Positions 30,022 through 38,683 of a stretch of DNA of 64,000 bases are shown here, piece after piece. The stretch is from Candidatus Deferrimicrobiaceae bacterium (GTDB taxonomy: Bacteria; Desulfobacterota; Deferrimicrobia; Deferrimicrobiales; Deferrimicrobiaceae). The translations under genes were made by a program, and so were the position numbers. The notes below the pieces were generated by a model. The model saw only the letters and a program-made list of their open reading frames with translations, did not search any database and was not told where the DNA came from. The stretch is from positions 160,001 through 224,000 of the forward strand of contig CAWBVY010000001.1 in NCBI GenBank assembly GCA_963792415.1, read 5' to 3'. Every line of letters begins with the position of its first letter. Within the stretch, counting starts at the first letter, position 1.

Positions 30022-30185
30022 CCAACCACAGACAGGGATTTTCCTCCGGTTGATCGCACGGACGGCAACCCCCGTGCAAGCAAACGGCTATTTCGGGGTC
30101 GAAGAAGGGGTCTTGCGGGAATGGTGTTCGGCGGTCTATCCCCGGAAGTTGAGGTCAAAAATTCAGCACGCCGTGAAATGTGAGA

Positions 30186-30214
30186 AGAGGGCGGGGCCAC
30201 AAACCCCGCCCTCT
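30186..30214. terminator. probable bidirectional terminator
   Basis: AGAGGGCGGGG-ccacaaa-CCCCGCCCTCT perfect 11-bp stem between convergent genes. Confidence 0.7.
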
Positions 30215-30227
30215 ATTGATACGGCCG

Positions 30228-30449
30228 TCAAGGTGCAAATCTGACCCTGCTTCCAGGCCCCACCAATACATTCTTTTCAAGAACGACATGAAAGGCCTTT
30301 TCCGGATTCCCCGCGAAGGCCTTCCTCGCAACTTTTAACAACCCCAACAAGTTATTTGGCCGGTACTTGTTCCTACGCTCAAAAATACTGCCGATGGGTG
30401 TCTTCTCCCGTTCGACATAGTTCACGGAATAGACCAGGTAACTATACAT
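30228..30449 (-). CDS. small hypothetical protein, 'ERR..R.NN' family paralog 1
   Basis: MYSYLVYSVNY...PIGSIFERRNKYRPNNLLGLLKVARKAFA; strong GGAGG RBS; aligns with 31592 and 32830 ORFs. Confidence 0.75.
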   Translation of the reverse strand: MYSYLVYSVNYVEREKTPIGSIFERRNKYRPNNLLGLLKVARKAFAGNPEKAFHVVLEKNVLVGPGSRVRFAP

Positions 30450-30600
30450 GATGACTCCCTCCTTCCTCCTCTCGGGGGCCATGGAGACAACTTCCTCTTT
30501 CCTCTTGGTGCCAATGGATCTTCCAACACCCATATTATAACACCAATATAAATCGGTCATCGTGGCGTAATGGAATCGCTCAATAGCGCGGAAACGGGAA

Positions 30601-30625
30601 GGGCCGGAGGGATGTCCCCCGGCCC
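30601..30625 (-). terminator. hairpin after lipoprotein gene
   Basis: GGGCCGGAGGG-atgt-CCCCCGGCCC. Confidence 0.45.
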
Positions 30626-30644
30626 CCTAAGGAGAGGGAGGTTC

Positions 30645-31001
30645 TCATTGGAATTCGACAATCCTTATTATCTGTGCAACAGGGATGGCAACCTGATTGG
30701 TGAAGGCATTCTGGGGGGGGACGGAAACAAGCGATCCATCGCTAACGCCGGTGACGTTGAAAGTACCGGTTTTATCATTGAACGAGAGAAAAGTACCATC
30801 AAACGCAAGTTCTTCCGATGTGTTGTAGGTGGCCACTGCCCCCCCCGCCACATAAAATATCTGCTTCTTCACCCCGGCATTGAACAAGGATTGCGGTAAC
30901 GCATTCGCCTTGGTACCCCACCCAAAGTCCCAGTTCCAGTTCGAGCAACTGGCAAATACCATCACCGTAAACACGACCAGCGCAACAAGAAGTCGCTTCA
31001 T
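30645..31001 (-). CDS. hypothetical lipoprotein
   Basis: MKRLLVALVVFTVMVFAS-C lipobox; purine-rich RBS. Confidence 0.7.
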   Translation of the reverse strand: MKRLLVALVVFTVMVFASCSNWNWDFGWGTKANALPQSLFNAGVKKQIFYVAGGAVATYNTSEELAFDGTFLSFNDKTGTFNVTGVSDGSLVSVPPQNAFTNQVAIPVAQIIRIVEFQ

Positions 31002-31290
31002 GACGCCCCCCTTTGGATATAGTCACGGAGATGTCAACGACAAGTGCGAGTAAATCCACCATGTCCCCTGGATGCCGGGAAGTCAACACGATAGATGAAG
31101 GTCTGATCTTCACGTTACTCGACCTGTCCAAGATTCATTTTCCAAAAATGGTCCGCCCTCGGAAGGGGTCTTATATTCAATAGGCGACAAGGCCGCGGGG
31201 TCCTACCCTCTCTGCCAAATAAAGATTCCATCCTGCTTTGCCGAAAGAATTCGGAGAGGGCAAATAATTGCCGGGGCGTGGGGGGGGAAG

Positions 31291-31548
31291 ATGACTTACG
31301 CGGAATTAGAGAATCATATCCTTCTGGCCGACCGAATGGTTGTAAGTTGCGCACCGAGGAAAGCGGAGTACGGGAGAGGATATATTGAAGGGATCAAAAT
31401 TCATTTCAATAACCCTCGGTCGACATCCCCCCCCGATCATTATTCAATCGCTGATATCGCCCGTAGAAACGGCAGCCGCGATGTTCATGCCTACGCTCGT
31501 GGGTACCGTGATGGCTGCAAGGGTTTGAAACCGGAACATATCGGCTGA
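31291..31548 (+). CDS. small hypothetical protein with two YxRGYxxG motifs
   Basis: EYGRGYIEG and AYARGYRDG; G-rich RBS. Confidence 0.6.
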   Translation: MTYAELENHILLADRMVVSCAPRKAEYGRGYIEGIKIHFNNPRSTSPPDHYSIADIARRNGSRDVHAYARGYRDGCKGLKPEHIG

Positions 31549-31591
31549 ATTGATTATATTTTGAAGAAACGGTAACAGGGATGGTGAGAAT

Positions 31592-31804
31592 GTGAAAACC
31601 TACGCTGTCTATCGTCTCGGTTACTGGAACAATAAGCTGGAACTCGTGGGGAAGGTGGTGGAACGTCGGAAGGAAGAGCGGAAGAACAATGCCGCGGATA
31701 TGTTGCGATGGGCCCAAAAAATTTACGCAGCTTCCTCGATTGATTCAAGCATATTCATCGTCAAGGAGGGTTCCTCCGAGGGGCCTATATTTGGGGGCGC
31801 ATAG
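31592..31804 (+). CDS. small hypothetical protein, 'ERR..R.NN' family paralog 2
   Basis: MKTYAVYRLGY...ELVGKVVERRKEERKNNAADMLRWAQKIYA. Confidence 0.75.
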   Translation: MKTYAVYRLGYWNNKLELVGKVVERRKEERKNNAADMLRWAQKIYAASSIDSSIFIVKEGSSEGPIFGGA

Positions 31805-31971
31805 GCTGTCCTCGGCCTTGGGAAGGGCATCGCTGCAGGCTACCTGGTATCCGGTTGCGCCTGTCGAACCGGAAGTGGCGCGAACTGCCCGGGCGGTACA
31901 TCTTCGGACTTCAGGAAACGGAACAACCCTCCATCACAGGCGGTGCACTTCCTCCAGACAACCGCCGCCTC

Positions 31972-32352
31972 TCACCCCGACAAGATTCCTTCTTCAATTC
32001 CCCTCTGAACGAACTTCTCCAATTCCTCGATGTAATGACGCGACAAACTGATCAGGTCTTCAGAGTGTCGTTGCGACGAACCGGCCTGGTCTTCAGCTCC
32101 GGGCCAGTCAGCGAACCGATGCCGAAACGCTGTCTGACTGGTATAACTCAATACAACATTCCCGGCGATGGTCTTTTCATACCATTGTTGCCCCCCCTTC
32201 GACTTTGATTCCTCCCGGGCATATTGGGTTACAGACTGGGCCGCCGCCAGGAACGCGCTCAAGTAGTATCGGAACGTCCCGCGGTCGTGTAACGACTCTT
32301 CCATCTTAGCCAGAAAGAACTTTGCCTCCCCAATCTTGTATCGCTCGTTCAT
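31972..32352 (-). CDS. hypothetical helical protein (possible degenerate HEPN-like)
   Basis: EAKFFLAKM...FRYYLSAFLAAAQSV..Y pattern; no clear RxxxxH motif. Confidence 0.5.
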   Translation of the reverse strand: MNERYKIGEAKFFLAKMEESLHDRGTFRYYLSAFLAAAQSVTQYAREESKSKGGQQWYEKTIAGNVVLSYTSQTAFRHRFADWPGAEDQAGSSQRHSEDLISLSRHYIEELEKFVQRGIEEGILSG

Positions 32353-32587
32353 CTCAATTCACGCCCCCCTATCGAGATAATTCCAACATCCCAACCGCTT
32401 CCTCCACGGCCTCGAGAATCTGCTCCCCCGACATCGGGAACCGATTCGTCGGCGCACCCTCTGAAACTTTACGGCAGAACCGGGTGGAATCTTCAGGATG
32501 TAATTGTTACTTCACCCCCCTCGGCATGGCACTTTCTGGTCGGTGTAGTGTGGGATATTGCTTACAAACCGAGGGTCGAGGGCACGT

Positions 32588-32632
32588 TTCGTAATCGGCG
32601 GGTCGTCGGTTCCATCCCGACCGCCGGCTCCA
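32588..32632 (+). repeat. att site: copy of tRNA-Thr 3' 45 nt
   Basis: ttcgtaatcGgcGggtcgtcggttcCatcccgaccgccggctcca vs 27889-27933, 3 mismatches in 45. Confidence 0.9.
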
Positions 32633-32784
32633 TTCAGGCATGTTATTGCGTACGTAAAGGCGATCCCTTGGAAGGGATTGTTCCGGGAAAATTATTTCCC
32701 ATTAAGGCTCTGCTTTTTCACGAATGACAACGACGGACCATATCATTCTTCTTTATAATGAACTACATGCATTCACACAGTCGA

Positions 32785-32801
32785 TGGGTGCGAATATTGC
32801 T
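32785..32801 (+). promoter_or_regulatory. possible sigma54 promoter
   Basis: TGGGTGCGAATATTGCT has GG-N10-GC spacing and TTGCT; ~30 nt upstream of ORF 32830. Confidence 0.4.
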
Positions 32802-32829
32802 GGAATGAACAGGATCGGGGGAGAGCGCG

Positions 32830-33120
32830 ATGAAAAAGATCCCGGACGACGATTGGTTGATGAAAGGATCTGCCTGGAACGAGGAGGAGTTGCTTCCAAT
32901 AGCGTTGGGCAAGAAGCCGGAACAGGTACCGGTAAAAACCGTCATGGTCTACTGGATGGACAAGAAGAACATGCGGAAAGAGCCCATCGGGATCCTCATG
33001 GAGCGACGAAAATCAGAACGGGAAAACAACAACGCTATCGGCATGTTGCGCCTTGCTCGGAAATCATTCGCCAGAACGGAGGAAGAGGCTCAAAGGATTC
33101 TCATCGGAGATTTCGTTTGA
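32830..33120 (+). CDS. small hypothetical protein, 'ERR..R.NN' family paralog 3
   Basis: ...VKTVMVYWMD...EPIGILMERRKSERENNNAIGMLRLARKSFA; GGGGAG RBS. Confidence 0.75.
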   Translation: MKKIPDDDWLMKGSAWNEEELLPIALGKKPEQVPVKTVMVYWMDKKNMRKEPIGILMERRKSERENNNAIGMLRLARKSFARTEEEAQRILIGDFV

Positions 33121-33156
33121 TCTCCGCCCGTCGATCCGATCCCGCCCTCGGGCAGG

Positions 33157-33639
33157 TCAGATCGCCACCCGGACAGCGGTCGGCGAGAGGATCCGTGCCA
33201 GGTCCGAAGGGCGCATCCCCACAAGGAACCCGCGGCGCCCCCCATTGATGTAGATCTTCGACAGCCCGAGGATCGTCCCCTCCATGTAGATCGGCATCGG
33301 GTGCCTCGTCCCGAACGGCGAGATCCCCCCGACGATGTACCCCGAGTGCCTGTGCGCGGCCTCCGGAGAGCACGGCGTCACGCTCTTCGCGCCGATCGCA
33401 CGCGCGAGCTCCTTCGTCGACACCTCGCGGTCCCCGTGCATCAGGACGACCAGCGGCCTCTTCCGTTCGTCCTCCATGACGAGCGTCTTTACCACGCTGT
33501 GCTCGTCCACGCCGAGTTCCCGCGCGGAGACGGCCGTCCCGCCCTTCTCCTCGTAGTCGTACGGGTGCTCGGTGTACGAAACTCCGGCCGCCCGCAGGGC
33601 GCGGATCGCGGCAGTGACCGGCATCTTCTCCTTCGCCAC
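33157..33639 (-). CDS. ybaK: Cys-tRNA(Pro) deacylase
   Basis: VVKTLV, SGYIVGGISPFG, INGGRRG. Confidence 0.9.
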   Translation of the reverse strand: MAKEKMPVTAAIRALRAAGVSYTEHPYDYEEKGGTAVSARELGVDEHSVVKTLVMEDERKRPLVVLMHGDREVSTKELARAIGAKSVTPCSPEAAHRHSGYIVGGISPFGTRHPMPIYMEGTILGLSKIYINGGRRGFLVGMRPSDLARILSPTAVRVAI

Positions 33640-33743
33640 CGTGCGCGATCCCCCTCTCTTCCCGGACCGTCCTGTTGCGATGCCCCTGGGTGCGATCCAT
33701 TGTATTATACGCGCGGAGGCGAAGACGGACGGGAGGGTTCCTC

Positions 33744-34562
33744 ATGGGCACGTTGAACGGGAAGACGCTCTTCATCACGGGGGCAAGCCGGGGGATCGGC
33801 CTGGCGATCGCGCTGCGGGCGGCGGCGGACGGCGCGAACGTCGTCGTCGCGGCCAAGACGGCGGAGGCGAACCCGAAACTTCCCGGCACCATCTACACGG
33901 CGGCCAGGGAGATCGAGCAGGCCGGCGGGAAAGCCCTCCCGCTCCAGGTCGACATCCGGTTCGAGGAGCAGCTCGCCGCGGCGGCGGCGAAGGCGGCGGA
34001 CACGTTCGGCGGCATCGACATCCTGGTGAACAACGCGAGCGCGATCAGCCTGACGGGAACGCTGCAGACCCCGATGAAGCGGTTCGACCTGATGTTCGGG
34101 GTGAATGTCCGGGGAACCTACGCCGCGTCGCAGGCGGTCCTGCCGTACCTCCTGAAGGCGAAAAACCCCCATATCCTCACCCTGAGCCCCCCCCTTTCCA
34201 TGGATCCGAAGTGGTTCGGGAACCATTGCGCCTACACGATGGCGAAGTACGGGATGAGCATGTGCGTCCTGGGGATGGCGGAAGAGTTCCGGGAGGCCGG
34301 CGTTGCGGTGAACGCCCTGTGGCCGAGGACGGTGATCGCCACCGCGGCACTGGCGATGATCCCCGGCGTCGAGTTCAGGAATTGCCGCAAGCCGGAGATC
34401 GTCGCCGACGCGGCGCACGGGATCCTCACGCGCGACAGCCGGGCGTGCACCGGCAACTTCTTCCTCGACGAGGAGGTGCTCGCCGCCGAGGGGGTGACGG
34501 ACCTCTCGGGCTACGCCGTCGAGCCGGGGGCTCCGCTCCTCCCCGACCTCTTCCTCGGCTGA
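33744..34562 (+). CDS. short-chain dehydrogenase (HSDL2-like)
   Basis: TGASRGIG, HP/NPKLPGTIYTAA-type motif, NNASAI, YTMAK. Confidence 0.92.
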   Translation: MGTLNGKTLFITGASRGIGLAIALRAAADGANVVVAAKTAEANPKLPGTIYTAAREIEQAGGKALPLQVDIRFEEQLAAAAAKAADTFGGIDILVNNASAISLTGTLQTPMKRFDLMFGVNVRGTYAASQAVLPYLLKAKNPHILTLSPPLSMDPKWFGNHCAYTMAKYGMSMCVLGMAEEFREAGVAVNALWPRTVIATAALAMIPGVEFRNCRKPEIVADAAHGILTRDSRACTGNFFLDEEVLAAEGVTDLSGYAVEPGAPLLPDLFLG

Positions 34563-34580
34563 AGGGAGGTCGGAGGCAGT

Positions 34581-34985
34581 TTACTTCCTCCCCTTCTCCT
34601 GCAGGAATTCGCCGAGCGCCTTGTCGACTTTCCCGATGTGGTTGACCAGCCAGTCGCCCATGTAGCGGCCCATCTTGTCGGCCAGTTCGGGGGTGGCGCC
34701 CTTGTCGTCGTACTCGTCCCTCAGGTCGTAGAAGTCGTTGATGAACGCCACGTGCGCCCCCTTGTGGGAAGGGAACCCCGGGTAGGAGAGGCGGCGCATG
34801 TAGATCTCTTCCAGCCCGAAATGGTTGGTGACGTAGTCCTCGAGGTAGTCCAGAACCTTCACCAGGTCGTGCGCGGCGGGTTTCCCTTCCTCCCGCAACA
34901 GCGAGTTGATCGCGGCGAAAAGTTCCCGGTGCTGGGCGTCGATGGTGTCCACCCCCACCGACCATCGTTCCGTCCACTCGAACAA
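34581..34985 (-). CDS. bacteriohemerythrin
   Basis: W...SVGV..ID.QH, HFGLEE, H...H, WLVNHI...D. Confidence 0.92.
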   Translation of the reverse strand: MFEWTERWSVGVDTIDAQHRELFAAINSLLREEGKPAAHDLVKVLDYLEDYVTNHFGLEEIYMRRLSYPGFPSHKGAHVAFINDFYDLRDEYDDKGATPELADKMGRYMGDWLVNHIGKVDKALGEFLQEKGRK

Positions 34986-34997
34986 GATCGCCTCCGG

Positions 34998-35222
34998 TTA
35001 TCCGGCCGCCGGAGAGGAGGGGTATCCCTCCTCCGCGGTCGCCTTCAACAGCATCTCCACGGTCGTCCTCGAGGGATCGCAGGCGACCACCGCGCGCGGA
35101 GGGGACAGGGTCACCTCGACCGCCTCCACCCCGGGTACCGCTCCGAGCGCTTTCTTCACCGCGGCGACGCAATGGCCGCATGTCATCCCCGTGATCGCCA
35201 GCGCCACATGTCCTCTCTCCAT
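34998..35222 (-). CDS. heavy-metal-associated (CopZ-like) chaperone
   Basis: GMTCGHCV; 74 aa; C-terminal GY. Confidence 0.9.
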   Translation of the reverse strand: MERGHVALAITGMTCGHCVAAVKKALGAVPGVEAVEVTLSPPRAVVACDPSRTTVEMLLKATAEEGYPSSPAAG

Positions 35223-35290
35223 CGCCTCTCACCTTCCCTGTCCGCCGGTGATGTCCGGATATCCGGACATTATATAGTAGACTGCTGACG

Positions 35291-36784
35291 ATGATGGAGA
35301 ACGGGACGATACTTGTAACCGGGGCCACCGGCTACGTGGGAGCGCGCCTGGTGACCCGCCTGCTCGCGAAAGGATACCGGGTTCGCGCCACCGGCCGTTC
35401 CCTCGCCCGCCTGCGGAAGCGCCCCTGGGCGGACCATTCCGCCGTGGAACTCCTCCCGGCCGACGTGACCGACGCCGCGTCGATCGCGAAGGCGTGCGAG
35501 GGGTGCGCGGCGGCGTACTACCTCGTCCACTCCATGATGCCGGGGGAGGGGAAATTCGAGGAGGTGGACCGGGAAGCGGCGCGAAACATGGCGCGGGCCG
35601 CCGGGGAGGCAGGCCTTTCGCGGCTGATCTACCTGGGCGGACTGGGGGAGGAGAACCCGTCCCTGAGCCGCCACCTCCGTTCCCGCGCGGAGGTCGCGGA
35701 GATTCTCGCCGCGGGGAAGACCCCCGTCACGATCCTGCGCGCCGCCATGATCCTCGGGGCGGGCTCCGCATCCTTCGAAATCCTGCGCTACCTGGTGGAC
35801 CGTCTCCCCGTGATGATCACCCCGAAATGGGTGCACACCGAGTGCCAGCCGATCGGCATCCGGAACGTCCTCGACTACCTCGTCGGTTGCCTGGAGACGC
35901 CCGCCACGGCCGGCGGCACCTTCGACATCGGGGGCCCGGAGGTCGTCACCTACCGGGAGCTGATGCGCATCTATGCGGAGGAGGCCGGGCTTCCGTCCCG
36001 TCTCGTGATCCCGGTCCCGGTCCTGTCCCCCCGCCTTAGCTCCTACTGGATCCACCTCGTCACTCCCGTGCACGCGGAGGTCGCCCGGCCCCTGGCCGAG
36101 GGGCTTTCCAACCGTGTGGTCTGCCGGGACAACCGTATACTGGACCTGATCCCCGTGGAACGCTCCACATGCCGGGAGGCGATTCACGGGGCACGGGGGC
36201 CGAGGAACTTCCGGTTCCTGGAGGCGGAACAGCCCCCGGGGTGGGTCCCCTGGGAGACGTACCGGTACCCCGACGATCCGCCGTGGGCGGGGGGGACGTT
36301 CTACCGGGACACCCGACGGCTCTCCGTCCGCGCGACGCCGGCGGAGGTCTGGGAGCAGATCGAGGCCCTGGGCGGACAGAACGGCTGGTACAGCGCGGAC
36401 TGGCTCTGGTCCCTGCGCGGCACCCTGGACCGGCTGTGCGGCGGGATCGGCATGCGAAGGGGAAACCGGAAAGGGGAACCTCTCTCCCGCGGCGCGGAGG
36501 TCGACTTCTGGCGCGTGGTCTCGGTGACGCCGCGACGGGAGTTGCGGCTGCTGGCGGAGATGAAACTTCCGGGAGAGGGAGTTCTTTCCTTCCGGCTGCG
36601 GGAGACGGACCCCGGAACCACCCAGCTGACCCAGACCGCCCAGTTCCTTCCCCGCGGCCTTGGGGGGATCGTGTACTGGAGGCTCGTCGCCCCCTTCCAC
36701 CGGTTCGTCTTCCCCGGCCTCATCCGCGAGATCGCCCGGCGCACGGGGAAGCGGATCGTCTCCGGGCCGGAGCAGGTCCGATGA
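35291..36784 (+). CDS. atypical SDR with DUF2867 C-terminus (YbjT-like)
   Basis: TGATGYVG, YYLVHSM, GSASFE, GG.NGWY..WLW.LRG..D, AEMKLPG. Confidence 0.88.
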   Translation: MMENGTILVTGATGYVGARLVTRLLAKGYRVRATGRSLARLRKRPWADHSAVELLPADVTDAASIAKACEGCAAAYYLVHSMMPGEGKFEEVDREAARNMARAAGEAGLSRLIYLGGLGEENPSLSRHLRSRAEVAEILAAGKTPVTILRAAMILGAGSASFEILRYLVDRLPVMITPKWVHTECQPIGIRNVLDYLVGCLETPATAGGTFDIGGPEVVTYRELMRIYAEEAGLPSRLVIPVPVLSPRLSSYWIHLVTPVHAEVARPLAEGLSNRVVCRDNRILDLIPVERSTCREAIHGARGPRNFRFLEAEQPPGWVPWETYRYPDDPPWAGGTFYRDTRRLSVRATPAEVWEQIEALGGQNGWYSADWLWSLRGTLDRLCGGIGMRRGNRKGEPLSRGAEVDFWRVVSVTPRRELRLLAEMKLPGEGVLSFRLRETDPGTTQLTQTAQFLPRGLGGIVYWRLVAPFHRFVFPGLIREIARRTGKRIVSGPEQVR

Positions 36785-36871
36785 TTGCTGTTTTCACAAC
36801 TCCATTCCTGGGATACGATATGGACCGGAAGGCACCCGGGGTGCCCCTATAAGTCGGATTTGGGAGGCCGC

Positions 36872-38641
36872 GTGAGTTCGAATCCCCCCAGCATCTCTCC
36901 CCACGCACCCGAAAAGAACGGCTTGTTCCTCGACGACGGTTCCCGTGTCGCCGTGATCGGCGGCGGACCCGCGGGCTCCCTCTTCACCTATTTCCTCTTC
37001 GAGATGGCGGAGCGGATCGGGATGGAACTGGCCGTGGACATCTACGAACCCAGGGACTTCACGAAAAACGCCCCGAGCGGGTGCAACATGTGCGGGGGCA
37101 TCGTCTCCGAATCGCTCGTCCAGTTGCTGGCCACCGAGGGGATCAACCTCCCTTCCAGCGTCGTGCAGCGGGGGATCGACTCGTACGTCCTCCACATGGA
37201 CGTGGGGACCGTGCGGATCGAGCCGACGCGCCGGGAAAAACGGATCGCCGCCGTCTACCGCGGCGGGGGCCCGCGCGGAGTCGTCGAGTCCCGCTGGGAC
37301 AGCTTCGATGCGCACCTCCTCAAACTTGCGAAGGAGCGGGGGGCGCACGTTTATCAGGAACGCGTTGAGGGGATCGACCGGAACGGCGGGAAGCCGCGCA
37401 TCACGACGAAAAAGGGGACCTCCCCGGAATACGAGCTCCTCGTCGGCGCGGTGGGCGTGAACACGGGCGCCCTCAAACTCTTCGAAGAGATGGGCGCGGG
37501 CTATCGGGCTCCCGGGCTGACGAAGACGTACATCTGCGAGTTGTTTCTCGGAGAGAGGACGATCAAGACGTACTTCGGAAACGCGATGCACATGTTCCTC
37601 CTCAACCTCCCCCGCCTCGAATTCGCCGCGCTGATCCCGAAGGGGGATTACGTGACGATGGTGATGCTGGGCACCGGGATCGACAAATCCCTCGTCGATG
37701 CGTTTTTCTCGGCCCCGGAAGTGCGCAAGTGCTTCCCCTCCGACTGGTCCCCGCCGGCTGATTTCTGCCGCTGCTCCCCCGCCATCAACATCTCGGCGGC
37801 GGTCAAGCCGTTCGCCGACCGGATGGTGCTCATCGGCGACAGCGGCGTGAGCCGTCTCTACAAGGACGGGATCGGCGGGGCGTACCGGACCGCGAAGGCG
37901 GCCGCGAGAACGGCGGTGTTCGAAGGGGTGGCGGAGGAGGATTTCCGGAAAGGCTACCTCCCCGTCTGCCGGTCGCTCTCGGTGGACAACGGGATCGGGA
38001 AGGTCGTCTTCGGGATCACGACCCTGATCCAGAAAACGACCGTGCTCCGGAAGGGGCTGTTGCGGATGACCGCGGCGGAACAGGATGGAAGCCAGTGGAA
38101 ACCACGGATGAGCGACGTCCTGTGGGACACCTTCACGGGGAGCGCCCCGTACAAGGATGTCTTCCGCCGGTCGCTCCACCCCGTTTTTCTCGGACACCTT
38201 TTCTACGAAACGTTGACGGGAATGCTCCCCGCGGGCCGGGAGGGCGGGAAGAAGGAGGACAAGGTGCCATTCGGAAAGACGGGCGAACTGGGCAAGATCT
38301 ACAATTCGGGGGAAATCATCGTCCGGCAGGGGGACGCCGGCGAGTGCATGTACTTCATCCAGTCCGGCAACGTCGAAGTGATCCACGAGAGCGACGGAAA
38401 GGAAGTGAAGCTCGCCGAGCTGGGGCACGGGGAGTTCTTCGGGGAGATGGCCCTCTTCGAGAAGGGGGTCCGCTCCGCCACCGTCCGCCCGCTGGGCGAA
38501 GTGCGGGTCCTCTCCGTCGACAAGCGGCTGTTCCTCCGGAAGATCCACGAGGACCCTGCGCTGGCCTTCCGCATCATGCAGAAGATGTCCCGCCGGATCC
38601 GGGACCTCGACAAGGAACTGGGGAATCTGCGTTCGGAGTGA
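36872..38641 (+). CDS. FAD-dependent oxidoreductase (geranylgeranyl-reductase-like) fused to C-terminal cNMP-binding domain
   Basis: IGGGPAG, GCNMCGG, IGD....RLYKDGIG; C-terminal FFGEMAL....RSATV phosphate-binding cassette; GTG start with GGGAGG. Confidence 0.85.
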   Translation: MSSNPPSISPHAPEKNGLFLDDGSRVAVIGGGPAGSLFTYFLFEMAERIGMELAVDIYEPRDFTKNAPSGCNMCGGIVSESLVQLLATEGINLPSSVVQRGIDSYVLHMDVGTVRIEPTRREKRIAAVYRGGGPRGVVESRWDSFDAHLLKLAKERGAHVYQERVEGIDRNGGKPRITTKKGTSPEYELLVGAVGVNTGALKLFEEMGAGYRAPGLTKTYICELFLGERTIKTYFGNAMHMFLLNLPRLEFAALIPKGDYVTMVMLGTGIDKSLVDAFFSAPEVRKCFPSDWSPPADFCRCSPAINISAAVKPFADRMVLIGDSGVSRLYKDGIGGAYRTAKAAARTAVFEGVAEEDFRKGYLPVCRSLSVDNGIGKVVFGITTLIQKTTVLRKGLLRMTAAEQDGSQWKPRMSDVLWDTFTGSAPYKDVFRRSLHPVFLGHLFYETLTGMLPAGREGGKKEDKVPFGKTGELGKIYNSGEIIVRQGDAGECMYFIQSGNVEVIHESDGKEVKLAELGHGEFFGEMALFEKGVRSATVRPLGEVRVLSVDKRLFLRKIHEDPALAFRIMQKMSRRIRDLDKELGNLRSE

Positions 38642-38683
38642 TCCACCCGCTCGAGCGACGGACAGGAAAGGAGGGTCTCGAAG

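Larger units (their letters stand above)
27934..32632. mobile_element. degenerate genomic island integrated at tRNA-Thr
   Basis: Bounded by the tRNA 3' end and its 45-bp copy at 32588-32632; integrase remnant; visibly lower GC than flanks. Confidence 0.8.

Noticed and set aside
32400-32560. Possible c-di-GMP riboswitch upstream of ORF 31972-32352
   Set aside because: No GEMM core (GGCAAA / GACGCAAA, GNRA stem) found by eye on either strand.
32540-32632. Second tRNA gene
   Set aside because: Only the 3' 45 nt match; there is no D arm or 5' acceptor strand, so it is an att copy.
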